A stretch of 62,986 nt of DNA, filler included, from Dugesia japonica (lineage: Eukaryota): the NCBI GenBank assembly GCA_001938525.1. It is 5 parts of 5 records of this genome, joined end to end, with 100 filler letters (N's around TTAATTAATTAA, not from the genome) between each part and the next. Parts side by side here need not be neighbours in the genome. Positions count along the whole stretch, not along the records: positions 11,731 to 26,937 come from MQRL01582687.1; 4 more parts are not named here. One strand, written 5' to 3'. The translations under genes and the position numbers were made by a program. The notes below the pieces were generated by a model. The model did no database searches, was not told the DNA's origin, and was given only the letters and a program-made list of their open reading frames with translations. Below are positions 11,890-25,390 of this stretch, piece after piece. The number at the start of each line of letters is the position of its first letter. Positions within the stretch are counted from its first letter, which is position 1.

Positions 11890-14526
11890 TCTAACTTCCC
11901 TCTCCATAGAAATTGAAACTCATTTTAGCCATTCAACTCGTCTTGACTTTGGTTTATCTGGAAAATCCAGTAAGACTTGATGGGGATTTAAAAACTTAAT
12001 AATCGTATACGGCCCTTCATATCTGTCTCCACTTTTATGCATATTATGGGGTTCCTTTTTTACAAGAACATTTTCACCAATTGCAAATTGTCTGTGACCT
12101 CTTGTATCTGATTCGTACTTTCTCATTTCCTCCGCAACTCGTTTCAGTTCTATGTTGCATTAATTAAAAATTCAATCTTGGGAATGAATTTATCACAAGT
12201 AAATTTATTCTTATTACTATTCATTGAAGTGACTAACATATCTCTGACTGTTCTAATTGCTCGCTCTGCTAGACCTTCGACTTGATGTTGGTTAGGTGAT
12301 GTAAATTTCTGTGTAATTCCAAATCTTACACACAACTCGTTCATTTTGCTACCTTCAAAATCTCTACCCCAATCAGATAATATTGATTTTGGTTTTCCAA
12401 ATCGGTAAATCCATTGGTTCTTTATTGCATCTGATATTGCTGTTTCATCTTGTTTACTAAGAGGTATCAATCGAACTAGTTTGCTAAATCTATCGATAAT
12501 AACAAGCTACTACTTTTGATTAGACTTTTACTCAGAAAAGTAGGCCACATCTATTACAATTTGTTCTAGTGGTCCTAGACCTCTCTTGGTAACAAAAGGT
12601 CTTTTGCTCAACCAGTGTAGACCTTTCTTTTAGCACACATTTCTCATTTTTGAATTTTGTGTTCTATTTTTCTACTCATATCAGATCAGAAATATATCTC
12701 TTGAAAATATTCCACTAAATTCTTGCTTCCCAAATGATATAGTTCTTCTTGCAAGTATTTAACTAATTTTGGTGAGTGATTCTCTGGTATAACGATTAGT
12801 TTCTTCTCTTGTTCATCTTTAATCGCAATATTGTCAAATAATTTGAATTTATCTAAACTTCTAAAATATTTGCTTTTCTTCATATCAGTAGTAACATTAT
12901 TATCCAAGCCTTGTAACCATCGTAATATTGATCTTAGTATTCCACATTGGTTTTGCAACTCTTCAATATTTTTGTCATAAAATATATTTTCGTTTAAACT
13001 GTTTATAAATTGAATTTTCGATTTAGTTACTTTACCATCATGGTGCTGTGTTAAGCATTGAGTACACAGCATTTCATTTATTCTGGAAAGTACGTCAGCA
13101 TTACTGTGATCCGTTCCTTTTCGATNTTCTAAATCAAAATTAAATCCAGAAAGATTAACAAACCAAGTCTGAAACTGTGGACTAATTGGTTTATTTGTTT
13201 TTTTCATAACTTTATGGTCAGTTCTTATTTAAAACTTTTTCCCAATCAAATAATCCTTAAAATGCATGACAAATTCATGAATAGTCAAAAGTTCTTTTCT
13301 GGTTACACATTAACCTTTCTCATGAGAATTAAAAACTCTCGACGCAAAACCCATAACTTTTTCATCACCTTTGTTATAGTTTTGGTTTAGAACAGCTCCA
13401 ATAGCTCCAAAACTTGCATCAGTGTCCAGAATCATTTCTTTTGGTGGACCAGAAAATGCTTATATTGGAGCTATAGTTAATTCATACTTTAGCTATTGGA
13501 AACTACTTTCAGCCTCTTTGGACCACTCGATCAATTTTCCATTTCCTGATATCATTGCATACAGTGGCGCAGTAATAGTTGCATAATCTTTGATAAATCG
13601 ACGATAATAATTAATCTTAATTAATTGCGTAACACAACCTGGGATTGGTGCTTCTGTAACTTTTTTAATTTATCATCATTTGTTTGAATTCTTTTCTGAC
13701 TAATTGTGTGCCCCAAAAAATTCAATTTATCAGTTCTAAATACACACTTTCCTGGATTAACTTTTAATTTTGATGCTTTAATTAATTCAAATGCTTTTCT
13801 AGCCTTTGATTATGTTCTGATTATGCACTGATTGTATAATTTCATTGCAATCATCTTCATTGATCTTTGCGTTCTAATAGCTTGATGAGAAAAATTACCA
13901 TTATTGCTCGGTTATGAAAATTTTTTATCTCGATCCTTATATATAGTAGATTTTTCAGATTCATTTCTATTTTCTGAAGATGTAAATTTACTGAATTCCT
14001 TTGGTGCTCAAAATTTGTCTTCCCTTCTGAACGTTGGTTATTTTGGTTTTATGACATGGACTTCTCGATGTGCAACCAATTTTTCTAAATTCATTGCATA
14101 TTCTCTTCTTCTTTCGTTAGACATTGATGGGTCTAGGGCAAAGGATTCACGTAGTTTTTCACTCTGTAATCCTTGCAGAATAAATGCTCTTGCAATTTCT
14201 TCAATTGTTAATTTCTTTTGAAACACATCTGTAACCATTTTTTTCACTCGAATCTCAAAGTTTTTGTACTTCTCGTCTCTTCTCTGTTTTATTGAAGACA
14301 ATTCCTTTACTTTATCATAAATCGATTTTTATTTGTAAAAGTTTCCATAAACCATGTTTTGACCTCATCATTAGTAACAGAATCATTTGAACAAGTAAAT
14401 TCTTCCCATAATTGTTTCGCATCGCCTCTTAGGAGCCTATCTAACGCCAAAGCAAATTCCATTTGATTGAATGTCGCAAAATCTTTCGTTGTGTGCATTC
14501 AATCTTCGGCATCTTGACTGAGACCA
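11890..14526 (-). mobile_element. Internally deleted Ty3/Gypsy LTR retrotransposon (gag, RT C-term/RNase H, integrase)
   Basis: PBS-like TGGTCTCAG at 14526, then gag-like ORFs (LLRGDAKQLW); RNase H ILDTDASFGAIGAVL and RKGTDHSNADVLSR; integrase WIYRFGKPKSILSDWGRDF, EGLAERAIRT, RYEGPY; purine tract GGAGAGGGAAG at ~11905. No protease or YxDD segment between ~13800 and 13900. Confidence 0.9.
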
Positions 14527-14959
14527 NNNNNNNNNNNNNNNNNNNNNNNNNNNNNNNNNNNNNNNNNNNNNNNNNNNNNNNNNNNNNNNNNNNNNNNNNN
14601 NNNNNNNNNNNNNNNNNNNNNNNNNNNNNNNNNNNNNNNNNNNNNNNNNNNNNNNNNNNNNNNNNNNNNNNNNNNNNNNNNNNNNNNNNNNNNNNNNNNN
14701 NNNNNNNNNNNNNNNNNNNNNNNNNNNNNNNNNNNNNNNNNNNNNNNNNNNNNNNNNNNNNNNNNNNNNNNNNNNNNNNNNNNNNNNNNNNNNNNNNNNN
14801 NNNNNNNNNNNNNNNNNNNNNNNNNNNNNNNNNNNNNNNNNNNNNNNNNNNNNNNNNNNNNNNNNNNNNNNNNNNNNNNNNNNNNNNNNNNNNNNNNNNN
14901 NNNNNNNNNNNNNNNNNNNNNNNNNNNNNNNNNNNNNNNNNNNNNNNNNNNNNNNNNNN

Positions 14960-15047
14960 AATAATATAATAATAATGATAATTATAATAATAATAATAAT
15001 AATGATAATAATAATAATGATAATAATAATAATATTAATAATAATAA
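14960..15047. repeat. (AAT)n microsatellite
   Basis: Directly visible; similar tracts at 11731-11795, 25230-25388, 32741-32863, 35155-35200, 40281-40312, 55700-55765. Confidence 0.95.
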
Positions 15048-15079
15048 GTTGAAAACAATCTATTAGTTAAATCAAATGA

Positions 15080-15700
15080 ATTTCAGACGCAAAAGTTGTC
15101 ACCTTCATAGGCAAACAAAAATTATAATAAATAATATCAAAATCTAACTTTAAAAAATAATTTAAGCTCAGTGAGAAATATCAAATCATAAAAAAAATAT
15201 CAGATGTAGTAGAAACCACAAAAAAAGTTAGATAGTGGATTTGCTCGGCAATATTACTACCAGTACGAATACAATGATGCTCTTGAACCCTTGTACAGAG
15301 ATGACAGGCAGTATCTTCAATGTATGTGTCATCACACCCATTATATTTATACTGATAAACGAGAGTATAACACAAATTATTCGGTGGATGAAATTTATTA
15401 ACAAACCTATAGTTTAAAATGATGTGGAAACTATTTTCAATTAATGTAGATCCTTAGCTTCTTTCAAAATGAAATACTTTAACATTTTAAGTCTATTAAA
15501 ATAAGGAATCAATAAAGTAAATGGCTCAACAAAGTTAGTTAAAATGTTATTAGGCTCAAAATTATTCAACAGTATCAACCATTTATCGAAATGAATATTA
15601 TAACAAACTTAAATGTTATCAATTAACTGAGAAATTAACGAATTTAAAAATTATTTAATATATCCATTTGCTTGCAGTAATTTTAATAAATGTTCGATTA
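15080..15700 (-). mobile_element. Penelope-like element relic (GIY-YIG endonuclease) with degraded 3' hammerhead
   Basis: LVYQYKYNGCDDTYIEDTACHLCTRVQEH = 'VVY...C..C...YIG.T.R.L..R..EH'; a decayed tgaagg-tgac...gtc-tgaaa motif lies at 15080-15112. Confidence 0.75.
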
Positions 15701-16489
15701 TTTTTGATGAATGCATTAGATCTGTTGATAAACGAATTGATGGATGTGTTACCCTATTTATTTTGTGATCCTACTTATAAGATGAATATAAAAAAAGATT
15801 TATCGTTTTGTTCTTGGTTATTGTGCTAAAAATTATTTGAAATCAGTCCAAATATATTACAATAAAATTTTATTTTAAATAGCGTTAATTAGTTATTTAC
15901 CAATTAATTATTAATTACACTTGAAATTTTTATTGCCAATCATAATAAGTTCAATTAAATTTTAGAAAGAACGGAATAATGAGATTTCTTCTGATTTGAC
16001 TGTCAATGTTACTGTGCAGATTTTACAGACGCTCAGGTTAAAGTAAACGTTACAGACAAAAAATAAAATGTGTTGAAAATTTTTCAACATTCATAAAGGA
16101 AAGCTTTAATAAAGAATATTAAATTTAAGAAAGAAATTCATATTAATTATCAATTTTTAAAGAAATTTCCAAATTGAAATTTGCGCAAGAAATATAAAGT
16201 TCAAAACTTTTATTTATTAAAAAAAATTATATGTAGTTATTTAAAATGTCCAATATTGATATTCAAAACTACAAAATATAAATTAAAACAAATATTACTA
16301 TAAATATCTAAATAATAATTTCACTNTAAATTTTCAAACTTAACTTTGAATTTATTTTTATTTTTCAAATAAAATAAATCTTTAAAATTTTTGAAAAAAT
16401 TGAAATCAATTCCTAAAAAGAATTTAAACTCTTCATTAGGTTTTATCATAAATACCTAAAATACTTTAAATATATAAATATATATTTAG

Positions 16490-17310
16490 AGTTTATTTAA
16501 GAGTTCTTTTTATCTTTTTTTCGTTAAAATCCTCTTCAAGGATAAACCTTATGCCATTGACCTTCTATTTTATCCTTTCTTTGAATCAATCTTGGTTCCA
16601 TGTCTCAACTCATATCAAGAACTCATCTTCATCTCTGAACTTTCAATCCTCAATATCCTCAACTGGGGCCTTCCACATTCTTGGTGTATCTGCTTTGTAT
16701 CAATTTTCTCTGTTAATCTTCTACTCAAATAAGATTTTTGTTGGTATATTTTCTATAGTTTTCTAAATTATAGCGTTTAAGATGAATTTTATCTCCTATA
16801 ATATGTATGCCTAATCTGATAATTTTCTTTCTTTAAATGTAGCGATAATGATATTTCGAATATTCCGAAACATTTTCTCAACTTTTCCGTTTGTGCTATG
16901 ATGCTAAGAAATAGAAAATCTTAATGTAATTCCATATATTTTTACAAAATTTCTTTTCTGTTTAACTCAAATGTTATCCTTCAATTTTCACTAATTTTCT
17001 TCGGCTATCCAAACTTTAAATATCTAATTTTCCATTATTGCTTTCTTATGGTGTTTTTATTTTGCCTTCCAATCAAAAAAAATGGTCTGCTGTTTTAAGA
17101 GTCTCAGTTTATCTTCAATATGTTTTCGTCCAATATTCATGACACCAATCTATTTTGTTCTTTCCGATATATGATGTCTCGGGCTACAAATCAAATTTTT
17201 TGCATCACTTAATTAATGTTTTTAAATTATCACATTTGAAATATATTGTTAATAACTCTTTCTGTTAATTTTTTTACCACTTCTACCTTAGTGGGCCAGT
17301 GAAAGATATT
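16490..17310 (-). mobile_element. Heavily degraded Ty3/Gypsy integrase relic
   Basis: Remnants FGxPKKI, S*HHSTNGKVEKMFRNIR and a GLSLKR/GPY-like tail; homologous to 5270-6000. Confidence 0.65.
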
Positions 17311-17449
17311 CACCATAGAATTTAAAATAATTCACTTTAACAATTGCAATTATTGTGAGAATAATTGTTGGATGTAACCATTGATCGTTTCTTAGAACTC
17401 ATTAAAAAAAAAGCTTCTATCAAAAATTTTGTTTTTGTTTTTTGAGATG

Positions 17450-17485
17450 GATTCGATTTTTTGACTTTGTCTTCGTCAGGAATTG
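17450..17485 (-). ncRNA. Mutated minimal hammerhead motif within a Penelope pLTR-type repeat (17405-17490)
   Basis: attc-CTGACGA-A-GAC aaa GTC-aAAA-aa-tc-gaat; GAAA mutated. Downstream tail TTTTGATAGAAGCTTTT is shared with the copies at 40010, 52763 and 53290. Confidence 0.55.
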
Positions 17486-19343
17486 ATTCCTTAAAATCCA
17501 TAACTTCTTCAAATCAGAAGAAGTTCTACTTAACTTGGTAATTCAAACACACCAAATATTTTTTAAAGATAAATAATAATTTGAAGAACAAATAAAAATT
17601 AATTCAATAATTAAGAGCAAACCAAAAATTTTAAATTAATTAATTAATTAAATTAATTAATTACCAGAATTTAAGTAATTTTTAAAAAAAAAAACTCTAA
17701 ATAAATAAATAAATTGATTTAACATCAACCGGATTTTAAAAATGAATTAATTTATGTCAAGTGATTCCAAATCTTTTTGAAATTGAGGGCCGGTCTGTGA
17801 GTTTGGGATCACTGTTTAATAACAAATTTTAGTGTCTAAATATCAAATTCGGACTTGACTGATCAAAACGTGAACGTGCCGTTTTTGTATATCTAAATAT
17901 TAAAAGTAAAATTAATTATGTTATAAATTATTTATAAATGGATTCATCAAAACAAACAGAAATAATTTGAAGAATTGCAAATAAATATGAAAGATTCAGA
18001 AAGTATGGAATTACGAAATTGTTTAAATGATTTTTAAAAAAAACATCCAAAGAAAACATATTCCGTCAAATACCGTTCAAATTTGAAAAATTAAAATACA
18101 AATATTCTCCTCTTAACAGTATTTTTAGGAAACATTTCAATATTCTTAGGATTTTTAGTTAATTATATTTTTAAAAGTTTTATAATATTTATTTGTATTT
18201 AGATTTGTATTTTAATTTACATTCGTATTAGAACTAATTGGATTTGTAATAAAATCGAATTGAGGTTTTTTTATAATAATATTAGAATTAATGAAAAAAT
18301 GGTCTTTGTTTGAATATTGAGATGTTTTGGAGTTTATTTAAAAACGAGTTAGACATTGTATATTTATAAATATTAGTAATTTTTGTTTAAATTGTATTGT
18401 GGCTTAATATAAACTTTTTGAAAAACATTTATTAATAATCTTGTAATAGTTTATTGAATTTAATTATATAATATTTAGTTNNNNNNNTATTTATTTGTTT
18501 CAGTTTCCAAACTACTTTTTACCAGAGCAAACAAGAATAATTGAAATGATATTTTATTGAATAAATCTTTGGGAATAGAAAATTTATCTTTTGATGTTGC
18601 ACATGTATCTAACAAATTTCATAATTAATATTAATTACTATGAGTTAAAGATTAGTTAAATTTTAAAACTTGCATATTAATGATAAGTATAAAAGTGATT
18701 TATGGAAACTAACTGGTGCAAGACAACAAATAATTTTTTGAAGATAAAATGTCTATGTATTGTACAAAAAGAGATGTGAAAGTAAAGTCAATTACAGATA
18801 TCATTTATCCATACAAAGTAGAAAAAATTCAGGCATTCATTATCTAAGAAATAATTAATTATTTATCATATTCAGAAATTTACCGTAAATGAAATGTAAG
18901 AACTGAAGTTGAAATTAATTTAATAAATTATTTTTTTAAAGTACAATCTAAATTCAAATCAGGTATTATTTAAAAAAATATTTAAAGAAAATTATTACAA
19001 AACAATATATTCAATTTGAAATAAAATAAATTAAACGACTTTATTAGATTTTATTATTAGATGGTTTATTAAATAATATTTATAAAGCAACATTTATTTT
19101 ATTACCGCTCTTTGTACATTTAAACAATGACTGATTTATGATTTCAATTATATCTAATGAATTATAGATCACTTATGTCAACATAAACAAGAAAAACGCT
19201 TGAGAAATGTGATTTATATAAATGGAAATTATTTACAAAACATTATCACAGCAATCAAATGAAAATTGCATTTTTTGTAAAAAAAATGAAATTTCAAAAA
19301 ACTTTTTTTTTTAAATTTTAAGATAAAATAATAAATTGTTTAA

Positions 19344-21597
19344 CCTTTGAGTGGGCGCACACTTTATTTTGACACGAGCAGGCTCGCGCCGTAAATTTTA
19401 CGACATACAGTTTAAAGTAAATATTCACTATTTTATGTTAACATAGAGTTGCGTAATTATTGGTAATCTAAGAAAAAACAATAATTCAATGAACTTACCA
19501 AAATATTTTATTTGCAAAAATATTAAAAAACAAACATAAAACACAAAGCAAAGCTATGTATATTTTTAGTCAGAATTGGACTCACCATTTATATTCACAC
19601 AATCAATACACACAATTTTTGTTTGAGAGTGACGCTTACATGTAAATGTCTGACAATTGTAACATTTCATTGATGCTCAGGTTTTTTTCCCGTCTCGTGC
19701 GCACGAACGACATGTACCGCGTTTTGGAGGCTGTTGTTCTTCTGGAACATTCTCCTTAGGTACTCCATAATTTGAGCCTTCCTTACAATTTTTTATCTGA
19801 CTGGCTAGTAAAGGAATATAAAATCTGTGAATTTATTCCAGCTATATTCATAATGCTATAAAAAAACAAAACAATGCCATCGTCCAGTTATTCTGGAAAC
19901 AGAATTTATTGAGCACATTTTGTCAATTGTGTCAACACCACCTTTCGTAGCATTATAATCCATAATCACTAGTGTGTTTTTTGGTGGTGGGATCTATATA
20001 ATTTGTGTCATGAAATGTTGACAATAGTATAACTGTAGCATTTTTTTGAGGTACATAAGAAGTGATCATTTTGTCTTTTTGGAATCCAAATAAACTGGTA
20101 TTAACTTTTTTAGTCTTATGAGGAAGAAATTCTGGTGGAATTTTGCGTTTAAGTTTTTTCAAAGTTCCAATTATCGTAATTTTTTTTCTAATAAATAGTT
20201 AGCCAGAGGGACACTTGTATAATAATTGTCTGTTGTCAAATTATTTTTAGAATTTTCAAATGGTTCAACCAATCGTTTCACAATGTCAAAAGCAAGTTTG
20301 ATAAGGATACGGACCATCTGGCTGTTTTCCGCAGTAAATTTCCAAATTGGAAGTATAAAATGTTTTAGCATCACACAGTGCATACATTTTGATCCCATAT
20401 TTTGCTGGTTTGCTAGGAATATATTGTACCCAGCTGCAACGACCTCTAAACGGATGCAACACTTCACCAATGGTTGTATATTCACTTAATTTGAAGCACT
20501 TCTTGCTATTGTGTGCAAATGCCTCTAGAAACAAACGAATGGCTGCCAATTTATTTACTTTTCGCCTTTCCTTTCTTGTGGTTTTATCATCAAACCTCAG
20601 ACAGCGCCAAAAATAAAAAACGCTTTTAACTCATTACTGCCTTACAAATTTCTATTCCAGTTCCGTCAGTTGTCCAAACTTCCATCACATTTGCATGATA
20701 GAATTTCTTGATACCAATTATGTACAGAAGACCCAAATAGGCAAAAAAGTCCCTTCTTGTTGTTTCTTTACAGTCTCGTTCTCTAGAATATGTACGTTTA
20801 GTTCTTAGTTGAGCAATGTACATATTTGTAAATGTTACAATTTCGTCTATCATATTGAGATAAATTATTTTCAAAAATGCATCTAATTCATTACTGATAC
20901 CTTTCGCAAATTGCTGTAGGCTAGTGGCTTCTTTTACTATGTTAATTTTTTTAATTTTTGAAGCATTTTTATTTTCAAATTTATGCCATTTGGTTGTTTC
21001 GTCTATTCCAATATAAAAGTTTTGAAACAGAGTATTTTCTTCATTTTGTTCATTTGTTATATCTGAAATGCTTTGTTCCGACAAACTGTCAAAATCATCC
21101 GTGTCTATATTCTCTTCACTAAACTCACTATCACTTTCCACACTTTCTACATCACTTTCGTATTCTTCAAACATACACTGAACAATATTTTCGAGTTTTC
21201 CTTTCATGAGAGGTCTTTTTTTATTGTGATATTTTGTCTTATCTACATGAAAAAATTCAAAATCATATGTATCGATAATGTAATTGACTAATTAATAATT
21301 AATAAATTATATATACATTCCTTTTTGATTCACAAGACGAAAAAATATATAAAAATATTAATAGAATTACACTAGTAATCGCGCTCCGTAAACTTTATTC
21401 TCAGCACGATCATTCATGTACAATCATGTACAGACAAAATATTGCGTCATAAAAGCAAATAATGCTGGCCCACATAACCGGTAAACTTTGTTGTAGGAAT
21501 AAATACAAGTTTCTCTTAAAATTTCACATGTACAGACATTTTATATAAAAAATAATAAATTTGCAGTAAACTTTACGACAGCGCGCCCACTCGAAGG
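19344..21597 (-). mobile_element. Full-length piggyBac transposon (2.25 kb) with frameshifted transposase (~21207-19570)
   Basis: TTAA at 19340-19343 and 21598-21601; TIRs CCTTTGAGTGGGCGC / GCGCCCACTCGAAGG; transposase motifs FRGRC..QYIPSKPAKYGIK, TTDNYYTS, KGGVDTIDKMCS; C-terminal Cys-rich tail. Confidence 0.95.
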
Positions 21598-23060
21598 TTA
21601 AAGTAATAATTATCAAGTATTATTTAGTAAAGAAAATTTCATTATATTATCAAATTACTTTATGGTAAAATAAATTAGGTCTACAAATTGAAAATGGTGC
21701 TTATTTAGTAAATTGCTTCAAAGTCACAATCCAACATGTTTTCTTTGTTAAACGAGTAAATATTTACAAATAAATATTGGATAATCAATATCAATATAAG
21801 AAACCATATATATTATAACAAGCCCAAAACAAGAAAGAAATTAAATAATATCCAAAGCTACACGTGCATCAAGATTTAATCTTAAATTAAGAGATAGATT
21901 TTAAGATATGTAGTGTATATTGTTAATAAAACATGGATAAACATTTTTAAAAAATTAATCCAATTTTTATAATAATTTAAGTCACAAAGCTTGAAATGTA
22001 GAAAAACAATTTGGAACTGTTCATTTACAAACAATTTTTAGATTTGCAACTAATTAGACTTATAGTGCTTTTAAATCCATGGAAACTTAAATAAGTTTTC
22101 TTTACTAGTTTCTTTATGACTTAATAAATTTACAATTAGGTTTGTTTAAATCTTTATTTATATTTTACTAAGTATTATTACTTGTATAGTATTTCTATGA
22201 CTTAATGAAATTAGCATATTTGGTTTATTATGTTTTTTGGTTTATCGGGTTTTAATGAGTGTATTTCATTTATTAATTGTATTTATTTTATTATGTTTAT
22301 TATATATGTCATATAGAAACTATATAAAACCCAATAAAGCCATATAGAAACCCATTAAACTTCATAAAACCCTATAAAATGTTTAGAAACGATAAAACAA
22401 GATATTGTTAGCCTAAACCACATCATAAAATTCCTAAAAAAATTCATCGAAGTCATTACAAAATACTAAACTTATATAGCTGACAATAAAAATTATTCTA
22501 ACACTGAGATAAAATTCGTTTCATAATACATAAAATTACCCCAAGGTTTTCAAATTTCCGAACTAAAATAATGAAAAGTAGCTCAAAATTACATAGAAGG
22601 CATTAGAAAATACATCGAATACATTTAAAATTACATAGATGTCTCAACTTACGTAGATGTCAATGAAAAATGGTATGTATATGTATATTCTTGTGTGTGT
22701 CTTATCTTTCATAAATTATGAATAAATATTAAATGCAACATAAATGCATTTTTGAAATTTTTCATAATCATTTTAAATTTTTTTTATCTATTTACAATTT
22801 GTAAGTAGATAATTTAATCATTAATTATTCATGTTTAAATATTAAATGACAAATATACGCTCCCTATTCGTCAAAATATTTTGAAAACATGACAGTTATA
22901 TTAATTACTTATGACGAATCAAATGATATCAAGTTTGATACATTTTTTTTAAAAGATGATGCCAAAATTCCATTTTAAAATATTTTTTTAAAAGGTTCTC
23001 TGTTCTGTTTTGTGTAACTTTCTCGTTATGTATGTATTTTTCAATACTAATTCTTTAGAC

Positions 23061-23560
23061 CAGGAACCTTCAACCTGGGCGATAGAAAGAAAGTGTGCAG
23101 TTGGTGGGCGCTCTCTGTATATGTGGGCATTAGCTTTTTGACAATTTATCTGCTGCTTGTACCCAGCTGTTACTATTAACTAACATATGTTCTGGATTCT
23201 GCAGTGCAGATCCAAGAAAAATTGCTGGAATTGCAAAATGATAAGGTTACACATACCTTCTATGGCAAAGGTGGATTACCAAAACTTGGCAGCGCAAAGA
23301 AATGTCAACTCTCTATTCAAACTTATGACAGAAAAATAAATTGCTCACATTGGCTTTTCCAACATCTTACCTCGTCGAGTATGAATTCAGTGCAGTAACT
23401 AATCTCCTCAACAATAAAAAACAATCTAAATATAGCTAAGAGGGTTGATTTAAGACTACTTCTCATCAATCTAAAACCACACATTAAGTCTTTGGCAACC
23501 AAACAACAAGCGCATGGGTCTTATAGACTTTGAAATCTTTAGCACTGTTTCAATCATATT
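23061..23560 (+). mobile_element. hAT (Charlie/Buster/ZBED5-like) deletion derivative
   Basis: CAGGAACCTTCAACCTGGG terminus; C-terminal dimerisation motif LAFPTSYLVEYEFSAV...DLRLLL...QQAH. Confidence 0.7.
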
Positions 23561-24029
23561 GCATTCTTTCTTGTTAGTAAATAGTATTTGAATTTTAATT
23601 AGTTTTTTAAAATATAGGTAGGAGGCAGACCTATTTATAGATGAAACAGATTTTCGATGAAACAATATATATATATAATTATTATTATACGCCCCATCCT
23701 TTTCTCATGAACGAAGCATTTTACGATCAATATCTTTAGGTAATATATAACTAGTTTTTAATCTCTAGTTAAACGATATCAAGATTAACTTAACAGATCA
23801 AAAATGGATGCTGTACAAGTTATCAATCATACATCTTAAATGATTTTTTACTGTCACGCTTGATTGAATTGGGGATTGTACTATGCGATCCGACTGTATG
23901 TATGTATCAAACAATACAATAGTGGTATCTGTACGCTACCGTTCGGCCGAGGAAAGTTTGAATTCCTGTACGCATTTCACGGTAAAAAATTTTTAATCCA
24001 GGTGCAAAGTTGAAAGTGTCAATGCAAAA

Positions 24030-24960
24030 CCGGAATCCCGGAACATTTTGAGACGGTTTTTAATATCGGGTTTTGTTGATTCAGTTTCGGTTTTTCGGTT
24101 TTCAAATAATAAAGGTATTGAATGATACAGCCTACGCATCAAAGTCAACTTTCCAAAACGATGAAATTTTACAAAAAATATGTAAAACCAGAGTTTGGAA
24201 AACTGTTGATTTTAATACTTAATTGTAAGACTTAATGGAATAGTCTGCTTACTATGATGGAACGATTGTTTTTACTCAAAAGCTGTATTCAAAATTCAAT
24301 TATAGATTTGAAATTGANAATCAGTTTTTCTGACCATGAATATAACATCGTTTCATCGGCTATTTCTTTTTTAGTTCCTGTTAAAGTAGCGGTTGAGGCA
24401 TTGTGTCGCTATGGTACTAATTTGATTACGGCTGAAGCAACATTTAAATCTTATTCCAGGACCTTCAAAATGTAAATATACCACTAGGTACTGAATTATT
24501 AAATGCAATAAAGAAACGTATTTATGAGAGTCGCATTAAAATTTCAGGCATTATTCAATACTTACATCATGCATTTGAAGTTAAAAAAGAAACGTGCATA
24601 GCAAATAACCAAACGCTTTCATTTCCAAAACTCACTAAAACTGAAATAGTCAAATCCTTGTTGAATATAGCACCAAAATACGATTTATTTAATTTAAAAG
24701 AGAACGCTAGTAAAGAAAATAGTGAAAGCGATAATGATTGTGACATTCAAGAAATTAAAGACTACAGAACCAATTTGGAAATCTTAGTATGAAAGAACTA
24801 CTTGTGTGATTTCTGGTATGAAAACAAAGAAAACCCAAGATTATTCTAATCTTTTGAAAAAAGAAAGAGCGTTGTTTGAGGAAGAAGAAACAAGGGACAT
24901 ATATATCCAGCAAATTGGCGATGTTTTATTGACAATCCAGTCTACAAGTGTTGAAGCGAA
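24030..24960 (+). mobile_element. hAT transposase relic
   Basis: LILNCKT*WNSLLTMMERL (TRWNS motif), PVKVAVEALC, LLTIQSTSVEA. Confidence 0.75.
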
Positions 24961-25227
24961 TTGTAATATTTAAATATCAATACAATTTTTTCAAGTAAAT
25001 TTTTCTTTAATAACACATGGACGACTACAAGCGTATTTATAAATATTCTTTTATCTATAATAACCATATTAAGGAAGAAGGAAACATTTACTACGATATC
25101 AACAATTTCAAAGATCGGATTTCAAATTTTTTAAAGCTTATTATAAACTCACGCGATTGTTGATTAGTCTTAGTAAAATCACACAGACATCTCAACATTA
25201 TTGTTATCATTATTATTAATATTGATG

Positions 25228-25267
<40 letters not shown>

Positions 25268-25323
25268 NNNNNNNNNNNNNNNNNNNNNNNNNNNNNNNNN
25301 NNNNNNNNNNNNNNNNNNNNNNN

Positions 25324-25388
<65 letters not shown>

Positions 25389-25390
<2 letters not shown>

